This document shows, piece after piece, positions 9,584 through 18,482 of a stretch of DNA of 64,000 bases. The stretch spans positions 128,001 through 192,000 of the IMG/VR virus record IMGVR_UViG_3300024331_000007; one strand, given 5' to 3'. Under the pieces are notes generated by a model. That model did not search any database. It was not told the DNA's origin and saw only the letters and a program-made list of their open reading frames with translations. The translations under genes and the position numbers were made by a program. Origin of the DNA: a virus (lineage: Duplodnaviria; Caudoviricetes). The first letter of the stretch is position 1; every line of letters starts with the position of its first letter.

Positions 9584-10079
9584 ATTGCACCAACTTTACT
9601 AGCATTTTTACAGAATCAGTTGGACATTCAATGTGATCCAGTGCATGAATGTCACCTTGTACCGCTGCCATTTGCACTTCTTCACATGGCCTCTTGATGT
9701 ATTTGATAATTGTTGGTTGTTCTGTCACTGCCGCTATTTGCGCTTCAACACAAGCATATGGCATGTACGCAATTGCATACGGAGCACAACTGACAGCAAA
9801 AAGTTGCATTTCTTTTCCAACGGGTGTCATATATTCCAGAACTGACAAATCGCGATCAATCGCATATCGCTGAACATCTTTGTGTGGACTTTTGATGAAT
9901 CGAATGTTTCGCTGATTCTTTTTTACCGCCGCCATTTGAACGGGCAACTTTGGATTTCGAATCAGCTTCAAACGAAACGGTTGTTCGAGCACAGCCGCAA
10001 TCTGTTCCTCGACTGTTTCCATGCGAGGAACTTTTTCATACGTTTCTGTGCTGAACAATTTTCTTGCCATTACGACCAC
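9576..10079 (-). CDS. helical repeat protein (DUF4116-like QxAAVxxxxxxIxYIxxP repeats)
   Basis: About six ~22-aa repeats such as VQMAAVKKNQRNIRFIKSP. Confidence 0.65.
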   Translation of the reverse strand: MVVMARKLFSTETYEKVPRMETVEEQIAAVLEQPFRLKLIRNPKLPVQMAAVKKNQRNIRFIKSPHKDVQRYAIDRDLSVLEYMTPVGKEMQLFAVSCAPYAIAYMPYACVEAQIAAVTEQPTIIKYIKRPCEEVQMAAVQGDIHALDHIECPTDSVKMLVKLVQYA

Positions 10080-10527
10080 TCCATTAAAAATAAAACATAT
10101 GCTGCTTTACTTTTAAACTTGATAAACGTGTATCCCTCGCCGATAACGTCAGATCGAATCAGAGTTGCATTATATCTGTCTTTGTATCTCTGATTAATCT
10201 CTTTCCAAGACAATCTCGCCGAATCCCCGTTGACAACAGCTACCCATGCTTTAGTATGAGCGGCATATATGTCTTCGATTTTAACAGTTACACTCACAAC
10301 CACTCCAACAGAAAAAGCATGTATTCCGATTCTGATTTGAAAACAACCTCTCGGTATCCACTTTTATCAGCTATCAATGTTACGTTGTATCTCTGATTAA
10401 AAAAATTTTCAATGCCTTCGCTGATAATATCTGGACATGATGTTTGAAAATCTAAAACGGCAACATCCCATGCTTTGCCTAATGGCTTGTGTACTCCCCA
10501 ATCTGCTTTTACCGTGTAACTCATCAT
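10070..10527 (-). other. two tandem paralogous small ORFs (10070-10303, 10294-10527)
   Basis: Both 77 aa, share KAW...F..RYN.TLI...FKS...Y.LFL.EW. Confidence 0.65.
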
Positions 10528-10534
10528 TGCCTAT

Positions 10535-10816
10535 CTATTCCGCTAGCTTAGCTAGCATTGCAATTTCGTCAGTTGGATTCTTGATATAGTGAATGGCTTT
10601 TCCATCTTGATTCACCGCTGAAGATTGTGCCTCTGGAGATGGAGTCTCAATGTATTGAATATAGAGAGGGTGTCCATCCAATGCCGCCAACTCTTCATCG
10701 ACTGACGGGCGTTTAATGTATCGAATTGTTGATGGTTCTTCGGCAATCGCAGCAAGGCGGCTTCGCTTTGTCATGCACATCAACGTCAAACGAATTACAT
10801 TCGGCATTATTTCCAT
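10535..10816 (-). CDS. helical repeat protein, paralog of 9576-10079
   Basis: RLAAIAEEPSTIRYIKRPS, ELAALDGHPLYIQYIETPS repeats; ends AMLAKLAE. Confidence 0.6.
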   Translation of the reverse strand: MEIMPNVIRLTLMCMTKRSRLAAIAEEPSTIRYIKRPSVDEELAALDGHPLYIQYIETPSPEAQSSAVNQDGKAIHYIKNPTDEIAMLAKLAE

Positions 10817-10824
10817 AGGAACTC

Positions 10825-11446
10825 CTAAACTGTTAGTAGGTGCATCATGATTTCATCTTGTTCTGCTTTTTCAATGTCTTCAACCTGCATCCAAAATGGG
10901 GTATAACCATCATGAACAGCGACCCAAACACCGCCATACTGATTTTCAATTTCATCGGGCGATTTGCCTTTATACTGTTCCAAACTTATGAAAGTGTCAT
11001 AGTTTGGATGTTTGCCAATACTTAAAATTTTCACGATGTATTTCTGCCCACCCCGAAACATTCTGACGTATTCGCCAACCTCGAAAGTCTCTTCCATTTG
11101 ACACTCGCTATCAGTTTCCATTTTCGTGAAGTTTTCCAATAACTCCATGATTTGACGCAATCTGCAATTTCAATTCTTTTGGGTCAAACTTTTTTCCATC
11201 TGTGATAGCAATAAGAATTGAATTTGTTTTGCGAAGATTTGTGACTAAAACATTTTGAAGATCGCGAGTCAAGGTAGCCTTTTCCCGATAAATTCTTTCA
11301 GTTTGGGCCATTAGTTCCGCTTTGATTTCCGCAAATCTCTCAGGAGATGCGGAGCGAATTTCTTCAAATGTATCTCTTATATCCATATCTTTTCCTTTCA
11401 AATGCTTCAAAACTTTGGGATGGCGATTTTCTAGCCATCCCAACAC
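10825..11446 (-). other. two hypothetical ORFs (10825-11160 SH3-like; 11111-11446 coiled-coil)
   Basis: ORF track; packed minus-strand run. Confidence 0.5.
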
Positions 11447-11453
11447 TTGCCAA

Positions 11454-12563
11454 TTATTCTCCGTATGCCAGCGGATTGCCCATCAGGGACATCTTCGCAA
11501 CATCGGACCACTCTTCATAATCCTCGTTGAAGGTCTTCACCAGTCCAGCCAGCTTGATAACTGTGCGGAGTGAAAGTTCGTTGAAGCCCTTGGCATTCTC
11601 GCGAAGGAACTCCATGATTTCCTTGCCAGCCTTCTTTGAAAGGTTGAACTGATCCAACATTCCATGATTCTTCACAAGGTCTTCGATGCGAAGCATCTTC
11701 TCACGGAAAGTATGCACAGTCAAATCAAGAAAATGCGCACGAGACATGAGAGCGGAGAGGTGACCACGAAGACGCTCACCGCGAACCTTGCGGAAGTTGA
11801 TGTTTGAAATGAAGATCACGCTTCCTTTAAACTCATAACTGTTAGGAATGTCTTCCTTCGTTAAGGTATGAGAAGCAACATTCCAATAAATCATACGTTT
11901 CGCTGAAGTGTCCAGCGCCGCCTTCAGGATGTTCAACGCGGTTTCGTCTGTAAAAACCATGTCGCAATCGTCCAGAACCAGAACGTCATTGTCGTTGCTA
12001 AACTCATGCAGCTTCATGTACAGACCAATCGGAGTCATGGCACCCGACACAATCTCGTAACGTTTAGGTGTATCTTCAAACTGATCAATCATGCCAGCTT
12101 CACCAAGAGTCTTTTCGACGCCGAAAGTCTTTCCAACTCCCGGTGCTCCAGTGACGAACAGAGCGCGAATATCTCCGCGACGTGCGCCGAGTGTGAGCTT
12201 GTTCAGAACTGAAAAACGCTTGTTTACGCGAACTACAATCTGCTCGTCGGTTTCGGTGGTTTCAACATCAGGAATCGAATCATCTTCCAGAAGAGAAACA
12301 GCGGCAGTTGTGGAAGATGCAGCGGCATTGCGACGAGCAATGGGAGACTTCTTAACGGGATTGAACTCGCCGTTAATCGTAAAATCCTTCTCAGAGCGAA
12401 CCTTGATGCGAGCCTTTGGACGGCCATACAACTTCATGCCGTCAACAGTTACGAAACCTTCGCCAGTCTTTGCGCCGACTTTGTAGCCTTCAAGAATGGT
12501 AAAGGTCTGATTCTTGATGTTCTGTCCGCGAGACTTGCCACGATTAATGGTTACTGTCGCCAT
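11454..12563 (-). CDS. P-loop (AAA-type) ATPase
   Basis: GAPGVGKT Walker A, VLVLDDCD Walker B, FISN sensor; own sigma70 promoter upstream. Confidence 0.8.
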   Translation of the reverse strand: MATVTINRGKSRGQNIKNQTFTILEGYKVGAKTGEGFVTVDGMKLYGRPKARIKVRSEKDFTINGEFNPVKKSPIARRNAAASSTTAAVSLLEDDSIPDVETTETDEQIVVRVNKRFSVLNKLTLGARRGDIRALFVTGAPGVGKTFGVEKTLGEAGMIDQFEDTPKRYEIVSGAMTPIGLYMKLHEFSNDNDVLVLDDCDMVFTDETALNILKAALDTSAKRMIYWNVASHTLTKEDIPNSYEFKGSVIFISNINFRKVRGERLRGHLSALMSRAHFLDLTVHTFREKMLRIEDLVKNHGMLDQFNLSKKAGKEIMEFLRENAKGFNELSLRTVIKLAGLVKTFNEDYEEWSDVAKMSLMGNPLAYGE

Positions 12564-12678
12564 TGGTCGTTTTCCCTTTCGATACTGTGTGATTTTGACT
12601 TCGTTTCGGGAGCTTGTTTGCCTCTCCCCATCAACATGTATAGAATATCAAAGTTGATGGCAAAAGTCAACCAAATTT

Positions 12679-12885
12679 TCAGTTAGTTGTGGAAATTTTC
12701 GGATTTTCCATCTTCCAAAGCGAAGAAAGTAGAGGACTTACTGGCGTAATAGCCGGGTCATCGATAAAGCCAAAGATCGTTGAATTGTACGTTTTGACCG
12801 TGATTTGTTTGCGACGGCGAATATCAATAACCATTCCCCGTTTTCCCCACGGTTGAACGTCAACCACGCTGCCAACTGTAATCAT
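12679..12885 (-). CDS. small SH3-like hypothetical protein
   Basis: ITVGSVVDV...GMVIDI; follows promoter 12910-12938. Confidence 0.55.
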   Translation of the reverse strand: MITVGSVVDVQPWGKRGMVIDIRRRKQITVKTYNSTIFGFIDDPAITPVSPLLSSLWKMENPKISTTN

Positions 12886-12975
12886 CGCATTCCTTTCGAC
12901 TACCTACATAGGATAGCAAAGTTAAGGCTAAAAGTCAACCAAATTTTTAGATTTTAACCCCTCAAAATGAATGGT

Positions 12976-13155
12976 TTAGCCAACTCTATACTGCCCGAAA
13001 TGATAATGAAGATCGGAAATTGCGACCTCTTCAGCCTCGGTCATAAACTCAGCATCGGCAACCCGTTCTACCAGTGCATTAAAATCCTCAAACATATCGT
13101 CTGGGATCATATAGATACGGCCATCGTCGTCCATCACTCGGATTTGCTTTTCCAT
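12976..13155 (-). CDS. small acidic hypothetical protein (59 aa, below ORF-track cutoff)
   Basis: Read by hand: MEKQIRVMDDDGRIYMIPDD...; AAGGAG RBS and promoter 13179-13207 upstream. Confidence 0.6.
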   Translation of the reverse strand: MEKQIRVMDDDGRIYMIPDDMFEDFNALVERVADAEFMTEAEEVAISDLHYHFGQYRVG

Positions 13156-13206
13156 CGAATCTCCTTGCCAATGTATTTATAATAGCAAACTTTGGTGGAA
13201 AGGTCA

Positions 13207-13238
13207 AATGAAAAGCCCGAATCATCTTCGGGCTTCTC
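13207..13238 (-). terminator. intrinsic terminator
   Basis: GAGAAGCCCGA/TCGGGCTTTTC stem followed by T-rich tail on minus. Confidence 0.6.
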
Positions 13239-13721
13239 ATTAAATCAAATTGGTGTTTTCTCATAAATTCAAAGTTAAGTTAAACTGAGGCTTACATATG
13301 GATACCCTCTCTCGGTTAACTGCGTTCAGGCTATGGCCTCTTTGCTACGTTCTAAAACCTTATGTAATGACTATAGCAAACCTCGATCAGAATGTCAACC
13401 AAAAAGTTTAGCCTTCCAAATAAGCAAACACCGAAAGGCAAAGAATGAAAAGCACAACCGCAATTGGAATACTGAAGTACATTGAAATTTCAACCATTGG
13501 CGGAATGAGCAAACCCAATCCAACAGATACGATAGCAAACATCAGATAGTTGAATAAATTGGATTCTCTCGGCATCGGTTCCTTTCAATTCTAGGCCAGT
13601 ATACCAAACTTTTATTCCTTTGTCAAGGCAAGGATGCCGAAAACCCCTTAAATCGCCAAAAACGTCAAAAACAGCTTTTTTGCGCTAATAGAATCAACAA
13701 CTTACAGACGCACTTTTTGGG

Positions 13722-14813
13722 TTAAAGGTCCAACATGTGATCTAATGCCACATGCGCCCAATACTTCACCACGTCGCGAACCTTGATTTGATTTACAACA
13801 TTTCCAGAGACAAGATTCTCAAGTGCCCATGCCAAATGTTGTGGAGTGATTCGATACATTGTTGTGCAGAGGCAACCTTGCTCAGTCAGATTGAAAATCG
13901 TCTTTCCAAGTGGAGCGTACTTTTTCGCAAGACGATTCACAAGATGAATTTCGGTTCCGATTGCAAACTCTGTTCCAACAGGAGCAGCATCAACAATCTT
14001 GATGAGGCTTTCTGTCGAACCAACGGCATCTGCTTTCTGGCAAACTTCCCATTTGCATTCTGGATGAACAATCACTTTGATGTTTGGATGAGCAGCACGA
14101 ACATCATCAACGTGACTCGCAAGGAATCTCTGGTGAACGGCACAATGTCCTTTCCACAAAAGAATTTTACTGTGGTCATAATCAGCTTTACTCAAACTAC
14201 CCTGTAGCGCCCACGGATCATACACAGACATTTCATTCAAGGGAATGCCCATATTGTATCCAGTATTACGTCCAAGATGCTGATCTGGCAGAAATAAAAT
14301 TCGCTTTGCTTGCTTGAATGCCCACTCGAAAGCACGTTGCGCATTCGAAGAAGTACAAACCAACCCTCCGTGCTCACCCACAAATGCTTTGATAGCAGCC
14401 GTCGAGTTCATATATGTAATCGGAAGTGTTTCATCTGCCAGATGAAGCTTTTCCAATGTTTCCCAACACGCTTCAACTTGAGAAATTTCTGCCATATCAG
14501 CCATCGAACATCCAGCGTTTAAATCTGGAAGAATAACAATTTGGTCATGGCCCAAAATATCTGCGCTCTCAGCCATAAAATGAACGCCACAATAAACAAT
14601 GTACTTCGCATTTGTTTTCGCGCCATCTTTGGCGAGTTTAAAACTGTCACCTGTGAAGTCCGCAAACTTGATTACTTCGTCGCGCTGATAATGATGCCCC
14701 AAAATGACAACAGAATTACCCAGCGTCTTTCGAGCCGCAGCGATTCTATCGTCCATTGTATTATCGGGGTATTGCAGGTAATTTTCCAGTGTGCAAACTT
14801 GACCAGTTGCCAT
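13722..14813 (-). CDS. nadA: quinolinate synthase A
   Basis: ILGHHYQRDEV, CGVHFMAESA, AGCSMADMA, YMNSTAAIK, CTSSNA, LPDQHLG, WKGHCAVH, VHPEC, GTEIHLV, CLCTTM; 4Fe-4S cysteines present. Confidence 0.97.
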   Translation of the reverse strand: MATGQVCTLENYLQYPDNTMDDRIAAARKTLGNSVVILGHHYQRDEVIKFADFTGDSFKLAKDGAKTNAKYIVYCGVHFMAESADILGHDQIVILPDLNAGCSMADMAEISQVEACWETLEKLHLADETLPITYMNSTAAIKAFVGEHGGLVCTSSNAQRAFEWAFKQAKRILFLPDQHLGRNTGYNMGIPLNEMSVYDPWALQGSLSKADYDHSKILLWKGHCAVHQRFLASHVDDVRAAHPNIKVIVHPECKWEVCQKADAVGSTESLIKIVDAAPVGTEFAIGTEIHLVNRLAKKYAPLGKTIFNLTEQGCLCTTMYRITPQHLAWALENLVSGNVVNQIKVRDVVKYWAHVALDHMLDL

Positions 14814-14832
14814 GTCTCAACCTCTCATTCAC

Positions 14833-14861
14833 AGTATATCAAAAATGACTGAAATGGTCAA
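14833..14861 (-). promoter_or_regulatory. sigma70-type early promoter for nadA
   Basis: TTGACC-N17-TATACT. Confidence 0.7.
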
Positions 14862-15202
14862 TTCTGGCGTATCTCTACTTCTTTCAAGTCTTTGAGTTGA
14901 TCGTAAACTTCTGGAGCTACGTTGATACAACCCATTGTTACACCCTGTCTCTTTTTTGGGTCATCGCTTGCAAGCCTTTCGGCACGGTGTTGTGTGGGAT
15001 TACGCAACCACACACGATGAATTGCAAATGCATAGTTTTCTGTTTCTTTGAAAACCAACACGTCGCCGCCATATCCCAATTGTTTGGTCAACATATGGCG
15101 TACCTCAAAAACACCTGTCGGCGTTTTGCTTCCTACCAAAGCGTGATGGCAATGGCCTTGGAAGCAGATTAACGCCGACGAGAGAATTACAAGAGCAGTC
15201 AT
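14858..15202 (-). CDS. small secreted L,D-transpeptidase (YkuD)-like protein
   Basis: Hydrophobic N-terminus; TPTGVF, FAIHRVW, TMGCINV (His/Cys catalytic motif). Confidence 0.7.
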   Translation of the reverse strand: MTALVILSSALICFQGHCHHALVGSKTPTGVFEVRHMLTKQLGYGGDVLVFKETENYAFAIHRVWLRNPTQHRAERLASDDPKKRQGVTMGCINVAPEVYDQLKDLKEVEIRQN

Positions 15203-16141
15203 TTACTCACTGATCTTCTTTGTTTCGGTTGGTGTTACGGTAATAGCAGGTGTTACTGTAACTGCTGGAGCAGGTGCAGGAGTTGCTGCTGGTGTTGGAA
15301 CAACGATGATAGCTGGTGTGTTATTAACTGGTGCTGGAGCAGGTGCAGGAGTTGGCTCAGGAACCATTGCGAGGCAATCTTCCAAAGTCAGCTTGGCACG
15401 TTTTGCTGCGTCCGTTGAGCAAAGCAACTTTGCAGCCGCAGTGAAGTTATGCAAGAGAGCAAATTCACGCGCTGTTTCGCGAGTATCGCAACCCTTGTCA
15501 ATCTTGCCGCCGCCCAGCGATGCGCCGAAGAATGGCGAGGAAGCACCCGCTGAATAACTCTTCACGCATGGAGCAGAAGGAATTGCATCAGGAGCATATG
15601 CCATTGGAGTCTGACGAACTTCGTTGTAGGATGAGCTAACAGATGTGCTGTTACCTGAACCTGTGCTGTTGTTTGAAGATGCAGCAGAGCCACCCTGTCC
15701 ACCTGTCGCAGAAGCGTTACCGCCTGTTGCTGAAGATGAAGAGTTTCCGCTGTTGCTGACTCCCGACTTGCTGGAGCTAGAACTTGAGCTAGTATTTGTG
15801 TTGTTGTTCGTGGAATTTCCAGAGTCAGTTACGTTACCGCCCTGTCCAATTCCAATTCCAATTCCGACACCAACACCTGTTCCTTCGCCGCCGTTTCCGC
15901 CCTGTCCACCTTGACCGCCATTGCCTCCCTGACCACCATTACCTCCGTTGCCAGTTCCGCCGTTACCTCCGCCGTTGTTACCACCCTTATGACAGCTTGG
16001 ATCGCTCTTACCGCTGGAGTGATACTTGTTTCCCTTGCCACAATCTGTTCCGCTTCCAGTCGTATCAGCAAGCATAGAAACTGGGAATGCTGAGAGAGCA
16101 AGAGCAAAAACTGAGAGTGCCATAATCTTTGTGAATTTCAT
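15203..16141 (-). CDS. secreted Gly/Ser/Asn-rich low-complexity protein with Pro/Ala tail
   Basis: Signal peptide MKFTKIMALSVFALALSAFPVSMLA; GGNGGQ repeats; Cys-containing C-terminal domain. Confidence 0.7.
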   Translation of the reverse strand: MKFTKIMALSVFALALSAFPVSMLADTTGSGTDCGKGNKYHSSGKSDPSCHKGGNNGGGNGGTGNGGNGGQGGNGGQGGQGGNGGEGTGVGVGIGIGIGQGGNVTDSGNSTNNNTNTSSSSSSSKSGVSNSGNSSSSATGGNASATGGQGGSAASSNNSTGSGNSTSVSSSYNEVRQTPMAYAPDAIPSAPCVKSYSAGASSPFFGASLGGGKIDKGCDTRETAREFALLHNFTAAAKLLCSTDAAKRAKLTLEDCLAMVPEPTPAPAPAPVNNTPAIIVVPTPAATPAPAPAVTVTPAITVTPTETKKISE

Positions 16142-16216
16142 ATTTTAGTTCCTTTCATTTCTTGGTTTGGGTTATTTGTTAATAGCTGTAGCCTTAACTT
16201 TATTAGCTACAGAAGT

Positions 16217-16759
16217 TTATCGAACTCTGTACGTGGCTGTACTTGAGGGGGTTTCTTTGAACGTAATTGCACTAAGCCACGCGGTTCCGTTTGTCTTTTC
16301 TAAAACTATCGGAGAAAGAATCTCAAAAAAATGCTTTGCAAGATATTCTGAAGTCGGTGCTCCTCTGATAATGTATGTCTTACCAAAGTTCGACTGTCCT
16401 GCCCAAAAACTTTTGTGATTAACTGAATCAACAACATCATTATACCAATCAGTAAAGATATGATATGGTTGGCGTGTTAATTTCTCATCATATGCCATGT
16501 TGATAAACTTTGTATCGTGCAATGAAAGTATAATTCCATGATCACACAAAGCATCAACATGATCCATTAAGATTTGTTTAAGAAATCCATAATCCAAAAT
16601 CATGTCAGTTTGAGGACCATCTTCGATTAAATCACCTGTTAACTCCGCGATGATCGTTCCGCGATGTCCGTGCAGGTTTTTACATTTTGATTCGTGCTTT
16701 GGTACTCGATGTGCGTAATCAAAATCTATTTCTTTGGATATTGACTTCTCTTCAATCAT
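16217..16759 (-). CDS. queD: 6-carboxy-5,6,7,8-tetrahydropterin synthase (QueD/PTPS family)
   Basis: FDYAHRV, CKNLHGH, ILDYGFLK, CDHG, PTSEYLA, ETPSS. Confidence 0.9.
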   Translation of the reverse strand: MIEEKSISKEIDFDYAHRVPKHESKCKNLHGHRGTIIAELTGDLIEDGPQTDMILDYGFLKQILMDHVDALCDHGIILSLHDTKFINMAYDEKLTRQPYHIFTDWYNDVVDSVNHKSFWAGQSNFGKTYIIRGAPTSEYLAKHFFEILSPIVLEKTNGTAWLSAITFKETPSSTATYRVR

Positions 16760-16780
16760 ATTTCCTTCGTAACAGGTTTG

Positions 16781-16809
16781 AGTATAGTGTGACTGTTATC
16801 ACATGTCAA
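16781..16809 (-). promoter_or_regulatory. sigma70-type early promoter for queD
   Basis: TTGACA-N17-TATACT. Confidence 0.75.
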
Positions 16810-16811
16810 AA

Positions 16812-17390
16812 TTATTTTTTGGCTGATCGGTTACGAGTGTGTGACCTAATGGTAATCAACATTTCGTTATGAAGATCAGCGAGAGCGCCAGCATCATTTT
16901 CAGCATCGTGCGGTCTGCCACGAAATTTCAATCCAACGGATTCCAATGCTTCTGATAGCGGCAACTTGTATTTCTGGTTGTATGCACTTCGCCACAAAAT
17001 ACCAAAATCCAAAATGCCATTAATTGACCACGGATTAGGACAGGAATATTTTGCGCAATGTTCGGAGATTGGTTCGTAATCGCTTCCCCACGCATATGTA
17101 ATTTTGGTTTGCGGAGCGAACTCTTTCTTAATTGTTCGCATAACTTCTGGAAAGTAGTGGCCCTCATCAATTATTTTTGAACGAGTGATTCCTGTCAGTT
17201 TTGTGCAATAGTCGCTGACCTCAAAATGCTTACTTTGGGGTCTGACGAAATAACTTTTTCGGCGTATGATCTTGAGCGTTTCGGATTCAACTTCTACGAT
17301 GCCCAATTGTATAATGTGGTTTGTTTGACCATGTGGACAGTCTCCGTTCTCCCAACAAAGCATCTCTGCATCCAAAAACTGTATTTTCAT
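16812..17390 (-). CDS. DEDDh 3'-5' exonuclease (ERI1/KapD-like)
   Basis: FLDAE, IIQLG, CTKLTGIT, AWGSD, GRPHDAENDA; start trimmed to MKIQFL. Confidence 0.85.
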   Translation of the reverse strand: MKIQFLDAEMLCWENGDCPHGQTNHIIQLGIVEVESETLKIIRRKSYFVRPQSKHFEVSDYCTKLTGITRSKIIDEGHYFPEVMRTIKKEFAPQTKITYAWGSDYEPISEHCAKYSCPNPWSINGILDFGILWRSAYNQKYKLPLSEALESVGLKFRGRPHDAENDAGALADLHNEMLITIRSHTRNRSAKK

Positions 17391-17431
17391 AATTATTCTT
17401 TCTGCCAGTGGCGTATTACTTGAAGTATAAC

Positions 17432-17499
17432 ATAAATACAAATGCGATTCGCGGTGTTGAAGCACCCAATCGCCCTAACGCTATTATGGAGCGCCAGCT
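17432..17499 (+). ncRNA. late promoter plus conserved structured leader of GIY-YIG gene (copy 2)
   Basis: ATAAATA...GCGATT-CGC-GGTG/CACC-C-AATCGC-CCTAACG-(CGCT...GGAGCG)-CCAGCT-ATG. Confidence 0.8.
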
Positions 17500-18162
17500 A
17501 TGGATATTTACTCCGCAAAATTTTCCCAAGACAAAAAATTTTATGTTTACGAATATCTTCGCGCACATAAATCAAAATATGGTGATATTGGAAGTCCCTA
17601 CTATGTAGGTAAAGGAACTGGTAGTAGAGCGTTTTCAAACGATCATACCACCAAACCGCCAAAAGACAAAAACAATATTCGTGTTTCAAGTTTGATGAAC
17701 GAAGCTGACGCTTTTCAAAACGAAATGTTCAAAATTATGTTGTCGGGCCGTATTGATCTTGGAACTGGTTGCTTACGAAATAGGACTGACGGCGGCGAAG
17801 GTTCGTCTGGAGCAATTCGTACTCAAGATACAATTCGTAAATGCGTAGAAGTTAGAAAACGAAACAATTCTTACAAACGAACTAAAGAAGCAGACAAAAA
17901 AGCCAATGCAACAAAATTTAAAAATGGAACTCATCGTCGTAGCAAAGACTCTCTTATAAAACAAATCAATACTAGGCGAGAAAAAGGTAACTTGAATACC
18001 TGTACTCTTGAAAGTAGAAGAAAATCAGTAGAAACACGAAAAGCAAATGGAACTCTCGGTCGCACCAAGGAATCTATAGCAAAAGGTCTTGCCACACGAA
18101 TATCAAAATATGGCCCATTTGCAAAACCAAAGTTTGAATTGTATTTGCCTTGTATTCTTTAA
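17500..18162 (+). CDS. free-standing GIY-YIG (LEM-3-like) endonuclease
   Basis: FYVYEYLR...PYYVGKG..R, GCLRNRTDGGEG, basic repeat tail; antisense to neighbours. Confidence 0.85.
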   Translation: MDIYSAKFSQDKKFYVYEYLRAHKSKYGDIGSPYYVGKGTGSRAFSNDHTTKPPKDKNNIRVSSLMNEADAFQNEMFKIMLSGRIDLGTGCLRNRTDGGEGSSGAIRTQDTIRKCVEVRKRNNSYKRTKEADKKANATKFKNGTHRRSKDSLIKQINTRREKGNLNTCTLESRRKSVETRKANGTLGRTKESIAKGLATRISKYGPFAKPKFELYLPCIL

Positions 18163-18169
18163 CAAGGAA

Positions 18170-18480
18170 CAAGGCTAAAACCTCGGAGTAGTTTTTAGGC
18201 TACTGGCACCGCTACGCGGTTGAGAGCAACTGTGTAAGTTGCAATCTCGGCATTGCGGCCACTGTTGTTCACAGCAATTATAGTTTCCATTCCCTTAACG
18301 TCAGGCTTGGTACTCGGTTCGTAACTAACGCTATATTTGACCCGTCGAAACCTTGGCACCCACATTTGAAAAACGTAATACATAAATTGGTGTAGGTGGC
18401 GGGAATCGAACCCGCGTCCGAATCAGTATAACGTGAGTCTCTCTCACACGAACGTCATTCGCAAAAACATCTTTACGAAT
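18170..18480 (-). ncRNA. ssrA: circularly permuted (two-piece) tmRNA
   Basis: Acceptor piece first: T-arm GCGGG-TTCGATT-CCCGC then CACCTAC-A-CCA ending at 18388. Then a 24-nt spacer. Coding piece starts at 18363 (GTGGGTG-CCAAGGTTTCGAC). Acceptor stem GTGGGTG/CACCTAC has G3:U70. Inter-piece helices CGGGTCA/TGATTCG, TATAGCG/CGTTATA, ACGAAC/GTTCGT. ATAATT precedes resume codon GCT; tag 18195-18275 = AVNNSGRNAEIATYTVALNRVAVPVA; stop codon lies in a hairpin. Outer ends approximate. Confidence 0.92.
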
Positions 18481-18482
18481 GT

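Larger units (their letters stand above)
12642..13626 (-). promoter_or_regulatory. stack of five sigma70-type early promoters
   Basis: TTGAC(T/C/A)-N17-TA(TTC/TCC/TTA/TAG/TAC)T at 12642-12670, 12910-12938, 13179-13207, 13370-13398, 13598-13626, each with TTTG(A/C/G) just before -10. Confidence 0.8.

Noticed and set aside
14814-14870. NAD riboswitch (nadA motif) upstream of nadA
   Set aside because: Only about 15 nt separate the promoter from the start codon; no room or consensus
18195-18383. 62-aa ORF MYYVFQMW...VAVPVA as an independent protein
   Set aside because: It lies inside the tmRNA; its last 26 codons are the tag frame and its start falls in the intervening spacer
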